From: Tubulanus polymorphus
Taxonomy: Eukaryota; Animalia; Nemertea
Direction: 5' to 3'
Assembly: GCF_964204645.1 (NCBI RefSeq)
Contig: NC_134025.1
Location: 1,736,001-1,800,000, forward strand
Length of the DNA stretch: 64,000 nucleotides
This document shows, one piece after another, positions 27,370 through 39,413 of this stretch (within the stretch, counting starts at the first letter, position 1; each line of letters starts with the position of its first letter). The position numbers and the translations under genes were made by a program. The notes beneath the pieces are model-generated. The model saw only the letters and a program-made list of their open reading frames with translations, made no database searches and was not told the DNA's origin.

Positions 27370-30300
27370 TTAGTGTTTAACACAAGTGGTGAAAATAGCT
27401 CTTTCGATCAGGTCGGCGTCTATACCTTCTTCGCACAGATTCAATAATTTATACATATTTCTCAGCGCATAATTGTTCTACAAGTAAAAAGAGAATGACA
27501 TTCAATTATGACCTCATTAATCACATGAAATAACGGGAATTTGATCACAAACACAAGATAAATTTTGATCAAACTCCAGGGAAGGTCAGAATATATCAGA
27601 ACAACTCGAATTGTGTCAATTGTTTGATAGGGAAGTCTCTTGTGATTGAATACAAAAGTAAGAACAAACATTTCAATATCAAACAAGTAAAAAATATGGC
27701 AAAAAATGAAATCAGACAAAATGAATATATCAAACCAGACAATAGATAACATCCTGATCACTTTCATGTGACTGATAAAGTTTATAATGACTGCACTGTC
27801 TATTCAAATTCACTAGTTTATATGAAGTTGATGTCAATCCTCGAGTTGACAACGAAAAATTGCAGATTGCACCAAAATCAAGCTTAATTTTCAATATGAA
27901 AAAAAGCTTTGCTATTTCATACACTAATAAAAGCAGCTGTTTAAAAACTCAGGCTTAAAGAAAACATGAAACCCAGTCTTACCTGTCCCAGATTGTAACA
28001 GATATCATGGAATCGATTTACAGCAGTTTTATAGCACGTATGTTTCGTCAATTCAACTCTTTGTCGATTCACGCGATTTGCCTGTTCACGATTACGCGTT
28101 ACTCCTTTGATGATTTTGTCCATTTTCTTTTCGACTTCCATTCTCAACTAGAATTACAAAATTAGACGTCGTCATTCAAGCAGCTGAGAATTATTACAAT
28201 CAGGACAGATAGATATCTCATGATGGTATTGACTTACTTTATATAATTCTAAAATCTGTTGATTGATTATCTGTCTCTCTTGCACACTTGTAGAATCGTG
28301 TAGTTGATGATACAGAATAGCTAGAGGGACGTCTTCTTGTGGTACAGCATCGCTCTTAAACAACAACAAAAACACTGTCATATATAAATGTATACATCAT
28401 ATATATATCAGGGTCTGATCTAAGGAATGTAAGGGGGGGCAAGCATATCTGAAATTTCAATTGCCCCCCTCCAACAGCTACTTGCCCTACACAGGCAGTA
28501 TAATTGGTGGCACTATCATCCATTGTATCGAGTGGGAAAAAAAGCTTTGAGACATAAAATTGCAAGTTAGCCCGGCGGACAAGTGAAAATGATAACCTAC
28601 TTGCCCTGATGAGAATATACTTTTCCCGGGCAATCGGACAAGTGCTTAGATCGGAACCCTGTATATATAACTAAAGCCGCCTGGTTATAAACTATTGGTG
28701 ATTATTACCGGTACAACAAATGATTGTTCAGCCGGTCGAATATTCCTCATACCATCCATATTTCCTGCAGCTTGGAAATCAGCTACGGGCAACTTGGAAA
28801 TTTTCTGAAATTTATAGATAGATACTTTATGCATATGATTGATATTTCACTTGTGATTAAACCATTCGAAGTAGTGAAAGATGCCCTACCAAATCTCCAT
28901 ATTCCATTACATGACTGGTGTTAGTCTGTTTCTTCACAATCAAGAACTGCTCTTGAAGCGTTTCAACTTTCAAGTTTTCCTTAAAAAATCATATTAAGAG
29001 AAACTCAAAACAGTACAAAAATCTGTTCATTTTATTTGAATCGACATCGATTGGAGAGAATAAATAGGACAAAATAATATCGATTAATAATTTTATTACA
29101 AGGTTCCTACAATTCCTGGTATCCAGAATTCAAGGACTTTTCAAGGAATTTTCAAGGAGTAATTTTCAAAATTCAAGGAGGTTTTCGCGGTCATATATAA
29201 GGAAAAAAAGTCGAAAATTCAAAAACAAAATCCATGTTTTTCTCAAATTTTGATCAGTTGTTGTGTGTGCCATTTTGGTTTTACATGTTTAAATGTTTTA
29301 AATCTCAAAGTGAAACAACTTTCACTCAAGTCACACAATGAAGAATAATAGAATACACTGTCTTCTGAAAAGGACCTTTTGAAAATTTTTAATAGGACTT
29401 TCCCAGAATTTAAGGAGTTTCAAGGAGTTTATGGATATTTCTCAAAATTAAAGGATTTTCAAGGACCTTGAAATATATATTCAAAAATCAAGGAGTTTTC
29501 AAGGATTCAAGGAGTTGTAGGGACCCTGTATTAAGCGAATATAGAGGAGTGAAGTTAATTGGATGATTGTATATTTACCGTTGTAGAATCATGTAACCAG
29601 TTTACACTGTACACATCACCTAAGTATGTCTTACGTTTCTTATCGTAATAACAAGCATAGGAAGATTGATGTGAGTTTGCAGCAGTACTCGCAAATACTG
29701 GAATATTAAAATCATGCTTATCTGATTATTTATCTAAAAAGCTGATTAATTTACAAGCATTGATTAGATATGCATTAAATACGTATCATTTTCTGTTTCC
29801 GACTGATTTGATTTCAATTCATTCAACACGGAAACTTAATACATATTTCAGAATTCATTTATGGACAATACTTTGAGTTCACTCTATAAACATAAGCGTT
29901 ATACAAAGAGGGTCATTGTCCACTTCTCTCCATGTACATAATCCATGAAATGTCATACGTGTCGAGTGATTGAAAATCAGCCAAATTTTGCGTGCTGTAC
30001 ATACTTCATAAACAGCCCCTTACCCGGCAAAGTCAAACCCTAATGAATACCACTGCATCATTTGTAAAAAGCCAAATCATTATATCAGGGTTAATATAAG
30101 CTCCTCTCCTTCATACTGAAGTAAAGTGAAGCAGGTCTGGTGTAGGAGGTGGTACATGGCGAGTACAGACAAGATCGGTCAATACCTTATCAGAATCTTC
30201 CATCCATTTTACGCTATAAACATCACCTAAGAAGGTTTTCCTCTTCCTGTCGTAATAACAGGAATACGACGACTGATGGGCGTTGGCAGCCGTTGTTGCA

Positions 30301-32150
30301 AATACTAGACATTGTATAAAATTCTCCATTCACATAGGTACATTCTTTCAATGAACCGACTAATAATTCAAACACATACATCAAATACTTACTATTCCAA
30401 TCACTAGGTAATGAACCTTCAAATATAGACCCTGATTCACACGCTTCAACGTAGAGAACCATCTGAAAAAGACGTTAATCTACATATCATTACTGAAATT
30501 ACTGAGAGTTCAACAAACAGAGAAGTTAAGTCGATGCTAACCTTATTAAACTGTTTATTTTCATACATCTCTTCTAAAGCCATGAGGAGATCAGCTTTAT
30601 GTAACTATAACCGAACGAATTAAACAACTTATATTAAACCCGATATTAAAAACATCATTCCAAAATGATTTATAATACGAAACATCAAATAAATACCATT
30701 TCATGGGGAAATCCGAGAATTCCAGGAGCTCCGTGATCCACAAAGTTTACGAATACATTGTCTTCAGGACCACTAAAAAATATCATTCTTTTATTAATGG
30801 AAAGCTCTTCGAAATGGAAAGTTCTTGTTTAATTGAAATAGTTGGTCACAAACCTGGCAATAACTTTCCCACTTCCGATGCCTTCCATAGCATGGCTTTT
30901 ACCTCGGAGAATATCGAGAAAATTTTGTGGAGTGACATCCTAAAAAAATATCGATAATCAAAATGATGAATGATAATTAAAAACTGAAATGAACTACTTA
31001 TAGTGAAACCAGTGCCAGGGGCCGATCCAAGCTATATTCCACTGGATTCTATTATTTAGTCAGAAAAATGTGATTAACATATCATTTACTAGAAGTACCA
31101 AATCTAACAGGTCCAGAATGCCTTTAAATACAAGAAAATTGAGTCATTTCGTTGGGGACGAACCCCAAACCCCCTTTAATGAGCTCCGTCGCCGGCATAT
31201 CATTGAGCAATAATTCTTCGGAATTCACCACCTGGATCCGCCCCTGAGAGCATTTTATAATCTATGACTGACCCTTCTTGTATAATCCTTAGGAACCCCA
31301 TGATAAACATCAAAACCGTGGGGATGGTTTATGATAATTCCTGGTGTTGGATTTCTGAAAGTGAAAATAAATAAAACATTTTTATCGGCTGCATTATTTT
31401 CAATGAATTGAATATTTGTTTGTATGAACTTACAGCGTGTTTTCTGCTATATCATCATACATCATAACGACGATATTTTCATCTTTGAATCCATTCGTTT
31501 TCAGAATTTGGTAAGCGTGACAAACATCAGCCTGAAATGTATATCATTAAGGTATCTTTCTACTGGTTGTAACTACTCTAGTGCGTCTGTGGTTTAGCGT
31601 CATAATGGGACATTTTCACAAATCCATCCATTTTAAAAGCTTACAACCACAATTAGTGTGCTTTACTATTTCAATACCAAGTGGAAACTAAATTTTGCAA
31701 TAATATTGGTTTTTAAGAGGGTCATGCTTGAATAGAACTCTGATCATTAGTCTGAATACGAGACGTCGTTACACTACAGTCCCCTACAACTTGTTTGGGG
31801 AACAACGGCTAGATACTAAAATTTTAGACTAATAGATCAGTTAGCAGTGACAACCCCTTTTGATTTGAGTTGAGACGTAGTGTTTGTAGTGTTATTTGTA
31901 AGGCCTAACTGCACTGCAGTTGCAATCAATTACTTTTAGTATTAATTTGCCTTGATTTAATCAATTTGCCTTCGATAATTACCTGATGACGGTAGTTGTA
32001 CCATCCACTCGATCCGGCCACTATTAACGCCCAGTTCGTTCCTGTAGCTGTATCTGATTTATGTTTCTTCAGAATTTCCTCGAAAGGACTACACGAAGAA
32101 AAAACGACGAGACACAGCAGCAATAACAAACACGATTTGACAGCAGCCAT
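27370..32150 (-). CDS. LGMN: Legumain (asparaginyl endopeptidase, C13), 13 exon positions with a duplicated exon 8
   Basis: Exons: 32150-31983 (signal peptide, [17 protein letters not shown]), 31531-31434 (ADVCHAYQ), 31354-31273, 30939-30854, 30772-30697 (catalytic DHG), 30604-30542, 30462-30393 (catalytic EACESGS), 30304-30186 (8a) or 29697-29579 (8b), 28979-28890, 28804-28709, 28354-28238, 28147-27983, 27477-27370 (LSAM prodomain, TAA). All introns are GT-AG and in phase. Confidence 0.95.
28409..28661. mobile_element. MITE family A, copy 1 (legumain intron)
   Basis: TIR cagggtctgatctaag / cttagatcggaaccctg; the whole element aligns in reverse complement to 38771-38994; tatat on both flanks. 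Confidence 0.85.
29099..29528. mobile_element. MITE with CAGGGTTCCTACA-type termini and internal tcaagga repeats
   Basis: caaggttcctacaattcctgg ... caaggagttgtagggaccctg, with a tatta direct repeat on both flanks. Confidence 0.8.
29579..29697 (-). CDS. LGMN: Legumain exon 8b (tandem duplicate of 8a)
   Basis: ttccag|TATTTGCGAGT...ACAACG|gtaaat; 119 nt; [39 protein letters not shown]. Confidence 0.88.
30186..30304 (-). CDS. LGMN: Legumain exon 8a
   Basis: tctag|TATTTGCAACA...GATAAG|gtatt; 119 nt; [39 protein letters not shown]. Confidence 0.9.
31016..31246. mobile_element. MITE with CAGGGGCGGATCC-type termini
   Basis: caggggccgatccaag ... ctggatccgcccctg; flanks agtgc / agagc. Confidence 0.7.
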
Positions 32151-32159
32151 TTTGAAAGT

Positions 32160-32760
32160 GTACGAAACACATGACTGTCATGTGGCTTTATTTGTTTTTC
32201 AATGTATTACTACGCCGAGCAACCATTCATCAAAAGGATGTTCACAAACGCTTTATCTACTAATTTGCTAAATAAATTCATTTACGATGTATATGAAATA
32301 GAGGATAACGTTAGCTTGAGGAATAAAAAGGGACATTTCGGAAACACGGCATGTTGCTATTCTATCTCGAGCGTATTCATATTAGTTATTTGGTGATCAA
32401 TGTCACATGCGTCACATGCGCAGGTCAGGTGCGACTGACGTTCAAGGTTGGCTAGGCCGCGTTAGGGCCGGGTAGATCACTCATTACATGTTTAGATCGT
32501 TTGTCGTTAACGATTACATTAGTTTGCAACGCTATACTAGGATCAGGAGGTGCGCACCTACTTGGCAAAATGTGACAAACAAAGAAAACCGATGTTAACA
32601 CTAAATTAAACATTGAATTAAAATAAAACATTTAATGCGGATCGGAGTAGCCCGTTCCAAATTCCATGGATTGAATTGAATCATAGAAATCCCGTAAAAA
32701 TGACGTCACTAGAAAAACCCTCGAACAGGAAGATGGCGGATGATTAGTTCGCTTAACCAC
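32160..32760. promoter_or_regulatory. Divergent promoter region of legumain and the USP gene
   Basis: Genes are head-to-head. M-box-like CACATGAC/GTCATGTG at 32168-32184; GTCACATG twice at 32402-32418; CRE TGACGTCA at 32701; YY1 motif AAGATGGCGG at 32730. Confidence 0.55.
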
Positions 32761-33498
32761 ACCGTTACAAACGTTGAAAATCCTCGTCAAATCAATTAAA
32801 TTAGAAGGTGATTATTTGATAAGTTTGTTAAGATTAATTCTTAGAACTTAGAAATATTTCTGGTGATTGATAAACCCCAACAACACGGGGAGAGGGGGCA
32901 AGGAGAGACCAGCAAAAGCGGATGTGCCGAGCGAGACAGAGACAGAGTCAGAGTGGTGGATGGATCGGATGGATGGACTGGTCGTGACTGTTTTTAAGTC
33001 TCAGTCTGAGGCACCACCAATCAGGTGCCTGAATCGTACAAGCACTGCACAGCATATCACTGCTCAGCCCACATTACTCTCACTTACTCAGTGAGTGGGC
33101 ATGACTGTCACTGTCACTGTCTGTCAGTGGTGTCACTGACTTGTCAGTATCTTATGGAGACGATTCATTTGACTTGTACAATTACATAAAAAATAACCTG
33201 CTGAATACCAGACAATGAAGTACAGTTTCAAATGCTAGCCATGATTAAACCTACTCTGAATACCAGTCGTTGTTGTTACCGGTTCCCTACAACCGCTGTT
33301 TGTGGAACGACAGCTAGGTACTAGACTAGATGAAACCAGGTTCAGAGGGTAGCCAGAGGGTAACTGGGTAATACTAGTATCTGCTCAATACCTGGAAGAT
33401 AGGAATTAAATCGAATAATTATTTGAATTTTTCAGTCGTAATTGCAGCAGTTGATATAAATGAGAGTTCCTGAATCGAAAAACTTTTCATCGGACAGT

Positions 33499-36400
33499 AT
33501 GGGTAAAAAACGGCACAAACTGAATAAGAAAGATCTGGAAAGATCGCGTTGTGATTCGTCAGATGATAGCGTTAATAATACAGGTTCGTTTTCAATCATT
33601 GAGGATCCTCAGTACCCACAGCTCACCCGCTAGATGGCGTGTCCATCAATAGGATCACTATCATAATTTAACCTAGTTCATTTTTCTATTAACTTTCATC
33701 TAGATTTTTAGCTTCCCACAAAAAATTTGGGAATTAATTTCTCGCACTGATCTTTTCATTCATCGAATTTGAGAAAGTATCGATATAGAATTTAATTGAA
33801 TTTCAGAAGAAAATACTCACTAGAGACACCTGGTGGATCCTCGCTTGCCAGAGTCGAATGTAGAATCGTTGTATTTCACGGTTTTTCTTTTTTCGTAATT
33901 TCGATGATTTAATTCTAGGAAAGAAAACTGTCGGTGCCGCTTCGAACGAGAAAGACGAGAAATGTCGCAAGGAAATGATTATGAATTTACCGAGCGTAAA
34001 AGGATTGACGAATCTCGGAAACACGTGTTTTTTCAACGCGGTTTTACAAGTTTTATGTCAAACAGAAGAATTGGAGAATATTCTATCGACTCAGTGCAAG
34101 AAAGGTGCCGTATTACATCTACCGGCCACGAGAGGTAAAGAGGAAAATGATGATGATAGACTCAGCGATGAGGAGGATCGAGTGGATGATGATGTTGATG
34201 ATGATGATGATGAAGAGGACAGCGATGATACAGAATTATATTCAAATCTGGTAATATTTCAATAATTTTTATTCCCTGGTATTAAAGGGGTAAAAAATTG
34301 GTCAGTTCTCTCCAAAAAAAAACTAGAAAATCGAATTTTCTTCGATAGATATTACTTGAAAATCATTTGTTTTGTTGTTTTTTTTTTCAGTTACCAATCA
34401 CGCTAACATTACCAGAAGGTGGCGCTATGGCGCAAGCACTCGCATCTGTTCTCAACGATATGAAAACGACTAGAAACGGTTCAATAAGTCCCAGTACATT
34501 ATTCCGTCAAGTTTGTAAGAAGTGAGTATCGAATTAAATCCTATCGGTTGCGCTTTCAAAAAGTCGTAACGGTAAAAATGTTTCGATTTGTCTGTTTTTA
34601 GAACGCCACAATTCAAGGGCGCTCAACAGCAGGATAGTCATGAATTATTGCGTCATCTTCTCGATGGAATGAAAGTCGAAGAAATCAGGGTAAGTTTTTA
34701 TTCGAACGAACGAAAAGATTTGCTGCATATTTGATTTGTTGACGTTTTAACGGTAAATAATAATTGATATTTTCTGTAGAGATCGCAAGCGTCCATATTG
34801 AAACATTTCAATTTACCTCAGAATGTGAATCCTAAAAATGTGCCCGAAGATGTGAAACAGAAATTGAAAGGTATTTTTTCTATCAAATTGTCCGGTTATG
34901 AATTAGCCACGTGTATATTTATAGTACATACATTTAAGGTGTTAAATAAGCTTTGCTGATGTAGTTTATTGATTGAGTTATATTGATTTTTAGCGTCTGG
35001 TCGTCTAGCAAAGAGTAATACATTCGTTGATAAGTTGTTTGGCGGTTACCTCATTAGTACAGTAGTCTGTGAAGAATGTAATATCGTAAGTAGTTTATAT
35101 CCATCGCAAATAACTTTGATTATAACAAAAGTTTTACCTATTCGTTTCTGTTGCCCGTTGAAGCCGGTTCCAATGAATGCTTTAAGCCTTGTCGATGTTA
35201 AGTCATGTAAATTGGCCCAAAAAACTCATAGAATGAAAACAGTCATTCGGAGGCTATAAACTCTAAAATGATGATTTATACCGATTTATCCTTTAGGCAT
35301 CTCATGTATTCGAGCCATTTCTCGATCTGTCGTTACCAATTAGTGAAGAAAAGGTAACAATTACGAATATTTTCCCGAACTGATAAACGTACAATCATCT
35401 CTATCGTTTATAACGTGTATTCAATTCTCTATTTTAAGCCGTCGCGTTCTCTACCAATTCATAAAAAAGACACAAGCGGAGGTGGCAGCGTTGAACAGAG
35501 TATAATCAGCTCATCGGTGAAAGATGATATCAGCGATAAATACACAGCACCGATCAGTAAACATAAAGAGAAAATGGCTCGCAAAAACGCGAAAAAAGAG
35601 GTCAGTTGATGACCCAGTTCTACAGTTCATTTTCACTTAACGTAGTTAAAAGAGGAGGCGCTAATAATTCCGGTTGAACCTGAGACAGATAGATTCCATA
35701 AATAGAAATCGGGAAGATACTGCACTCTTTAGGATTGTTCTCTACCAATTCGGGAATTCTCTTCTGGCGAGAATTCATTCAACCTAATTGCGCTCTATTC
35801 TGGAATTGCGTAATCTGAAACTATAAACTTGATAGAAGTGACCAGTAGAGAAAACTGCAGTCCTCGTTTATGATTCGTTCAAATTTTGATTAATGTTCAA
35901 AGATCTTACGGTAATTTATCGTTTATTTTTTATTCAAGGCTAAACTAGCGCGGAGAAAGGCACGACAAAAATCTGTATCATTGACTGAAAAAGTCGACGA
36001 GGCTGATGATAAAGAGGAGGCAGATGATAAAGAGGAAATTAATGATAAAGAGGAAGCTGAAAATAGCGATGATAAAAACATTGAAGATGATGAACAATCT
36101 GAATCAGGTAAATTATTATAAAGCACTAAATTCAACATCCCAACTACGCAATTAATGGAACTACAGTAACAACAAACTTCATCGAAGTTGTTTTAGCAAG
36201 ATTCTGCTGTTTATGTTGTCAACCCTGGATTATCCAGTACCGTCAGTTTTACGCCCAAATTTGGAATTCTGATTACAAAGAAAGTATGAGGGAACTTTAG
36301 ATTCTCTGATGTGTAAGATTTTAGAATGAAATGTTGTTTTGTTTTAGATGATGGAGAACATGAACAGACTGGTTTCGCCGATGTTGAAGATAACACGGAG

Positions 36401-38479
36401 AGTGACACGTCTCGCAGGTTCAGCCTTACAGGAGAATGTCTCGTGAAACCGAGTTCATTGATAGCTGTCGATGAAACTGATAACGACAACCAACTACAAA
36501 CCGTGGAAAAGAAGACGGACGATGAAAATGAAAGAAAATCATCGAATTCAAACGAGAAACCGTTGATTAATGGAACGTTGGAAGAAACAATTGATGGTGA
36601 AATACAAGCAGAATCTAATCACTCACAAACTACTGGGGCTGGTCTGTGTGAAAAACTCTCACACCTCTATTTGGATGAACCGAAGGATACGAGTAAAGAA
36701 ATCATTTGTAACGGAGATGTTTTAGTAGAAAGCACGGATGATTCTATAAACACATCGCAGCAGCAGCAGCAACAGGCTGGTCTTAACGATAATAATTCAT
36801 CAAATTGTATCGAACGCGATGATGATGAGGAAGACGAAGAGGTGAACTATAAACTGTGTAACTCGACAAATGACGCCGCTCCAACCGACGACAAAAATGA
36901 AAATAATCAGCAGCAGCAGCAGCAGCAGCAGAAGAAACCGAATTCACGACAAGAAGCGATTAAACAGTCGATGTCGACACTAGCTCCTCGTAGTCAGTCT
37001 ATAGGTAGTGAATGTTCAATTGAGTCGTGTTTACGTCAGTTCACGTCACCCGAATTACTCACCGGCAATAATAAATTCGGCTGCGAACTATGCACTAAAC
37101 AGAAATATCCGGATAAAAATCAAAAAGGTAAGCGATATAGTTTATACAGAAACGAAATTAGAAGCAATTACGGGTTCGAGTTCGGTCTTTGTGGACCGTG
37201 AATATATGTCGGACAATATTTATAATGCAGAGTGCCACGAAAATATTTAGACTCAATTCTGGATGTTAGAATGTCGATAGCCCCTGCACTATTTAAACGT
37301 ATTCCCGTCTGGCAGTTGACTATAGAGTTGTTTATCACTAGTGATATCTTTTTCAATTTACACAGCTGCTGCTTACTGTCCTTACACACTAGAAATCGTA
37401 ATATTTCCAGTTATTGTTCTCATTCAATACGACGATAACATGCCACGTTTTCTGATCTGAAATATTTTCTGATTTCAGGATATCACACGGTTTATACAAA
37501 CGCCTCCAAACAGATATTATTGTATAGTTTACCTCCTGTTTTAACGCTTCATTTGAAACGATTTCAACAAGTCGGTTATTCACTACGAAAAGTCAATCGA
37601 CATGTCAACTTTCCACTAGTTATGGACATTGCGGCGTATTGCTCTTCTATGGCTCAGGTAATTATTCAGATCGGACAAGATGGCCACATACCTGGAAATC
37701 AGGGGATATTTTTCTTTTTAAAGAGTCGGGGAATAGTCAATGGAATTAGGTTAAAAAGCTTAAGCTTCAAGGAAGTCAGGGAAATTTGTTGAGATTGCTA
37801 GATCGCGCGTAGCGTCAATCAGTTATCGTCTTACATATCTTACATATTTGACCGTATTACTTGATTGGATTCTTAGCAGGTAAAACATGTATCAGGGAAA
37901 AAGCAAGTCAAAAAGTGACAACCCCGAGTTGCTTCTTGCGGGACCAATGACTTTCTCTGAGGGAAGCCAATTCAGGGGCAGTCGGGAGTATGGATGGGTT
38001 AGGGTTAGCAATCAGAGTCCGAGGGGGGCAATAATCCGATAATTCGATGCTTCCAGGACAAGCCAATTCCAGGGCAATAGATAATCAGTAGCAATCAGCT
38101 GCTAAATGTTTGAAAAATCTCCATTGAATTTTGATTTAAATTTCAGGGAGTTCAAGATACGAAGGTGCTGTACGGATTATACGGAATAGTAGAACACAGC
38201 GGACGACTTTCCGGCGGCCATTATACCGCGTACGTCAGAGTACGACCGAAATCAGAGAGATCGAAACAATATTTACAAAGAACTTTACGCATGAAATTAA
38301 CATTACCCGCGAGGAAATTCGATTTGAAGAACTCTAGTCAAACGGATGATTGTAAAATTAAAAACATTGTGCAAACAGGACGGTGGTTCCATATAAGTGA
38401 CACGTGTGTACGTGAAGTATCTGAATCGACCGTATTGAAATGTCAGGCTTATTTACTCTTCTATGAACGTATCTTGTAA
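33499..38479 (+). CDS. Ubiquitin carboxyl-terminal hydrolase, USP16/USP45 family (about 12 exons)
   Basis: MGKKR N-terminus; Cys box [16 protein letters not shown]; [14 protein letters not shown]; [14 protein letters not shown]; [10 protein letters not shown]; [24 protein letters not shown]; [14 protein letters not shown]; His box [20 protein letters not shown]; C-terminal [11 protein letters not shown]. Confidence 0.9.
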
Positions 38480-38770
38480 CTTGTAGTAGATTTTAATGGT
38501 TCTGGATTATATTTCTATATGAATGGAATAAATATATCTATCTCTGTGATACAAATGATCTTTGTTAAATCTATTGGATTTAGTGTCATGGAGTACACAT
38601 CAATTCGACAGTCTAGTTGGAGCTTTTTAAAGTTGTTGGGACCGTGATCATTATGCAGACTAAGTACAAATTTTCTTATTGGCAACAATATGTCTATGTC
38701 CGTCTACTCTGATACTATTTGTAACTCGCCTCCGACTCATCCGCCATGTGAACATCTATGTTACACTACA

Positions 38771-38994
38771 CAGAGTCCGATCTAAGCACTTGTCCGATTG
38801 CCCGGGACAAGTATATTATCATAAGGGCAAGTAGGTTATCATTATCACTTGCCCTCCGGGCTTGTGCAATTTTATGCCTCAAAGCTTTTTGCCAATCGAT
38901 ACAACAGTTGGACTGCTTGCGTAGGGCAAGTAGATTTTTGAGAGGCCAAGTTAAATTTCAGATAAGTGGCTCTTATTCTTTAGATCGGACCCTG
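38771..38994. mobile_element. MITE family A, copy 2
   Basis: cagagtccgatctaag ... ttagatcggaccctg; ctaca direct repeat on both flanks. Confidence 0.85.
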
Positions 38995-39256
38995 CTACAG
39001 GCACTAATAGCTCTTGTCAGAGTAGTTGAAAAATACAGTCATGCCCGATATACCGGCCACATCGGTGCAGAACGATTTCGGTGGTATATCGGGTGTGTTT
39101 TACTATATATTTGTATAGAGATGTACACTGAAAAAACCTTGGGGTGGCGGTAAATAGGAGGGACTTCAGTGCGAGGACTTCTGTATGTCATTGAAGAGAA
39201 TTATTGATTTGGAGAAGTCTGAGCAGGATTCATCTATAGTCGTCACAAAATAATCA

Positions 39257-39413
39257 GGGATCATTCATTTATTACGTACGCATTAGGGGAGGGGGAGGGG
39301 TCAGTGCAATTGCATACTGTAATACTTAATGTATATGAAAAAATGGCCGATTTTGCCTACAGAGGGGGTTGAAAAATTCAAATTTTATGCGTACGTAATA
39401 AATGAATGATCCC
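39257..39413. mobile_element. PIF/Harbinger-type MITE, copy 1
   Basis: 27-bp TIR GGGATCATTCATTTATTACGTACGCAT, 3-bp TSD TCA. Confidence 0.88.

Noticed and set aside
29579-29697. Exon 8b as a pseudo-exon or remnant of a second legumain gene
   Set aside because: Splice sites, length and frame are intact, differences are enriched at synonymous sites, and no other legumain exon is duplicated.
38758-39153. 131-aa ORF after the USP gene
   Set aside because: It is mostly MITE family A sequence.
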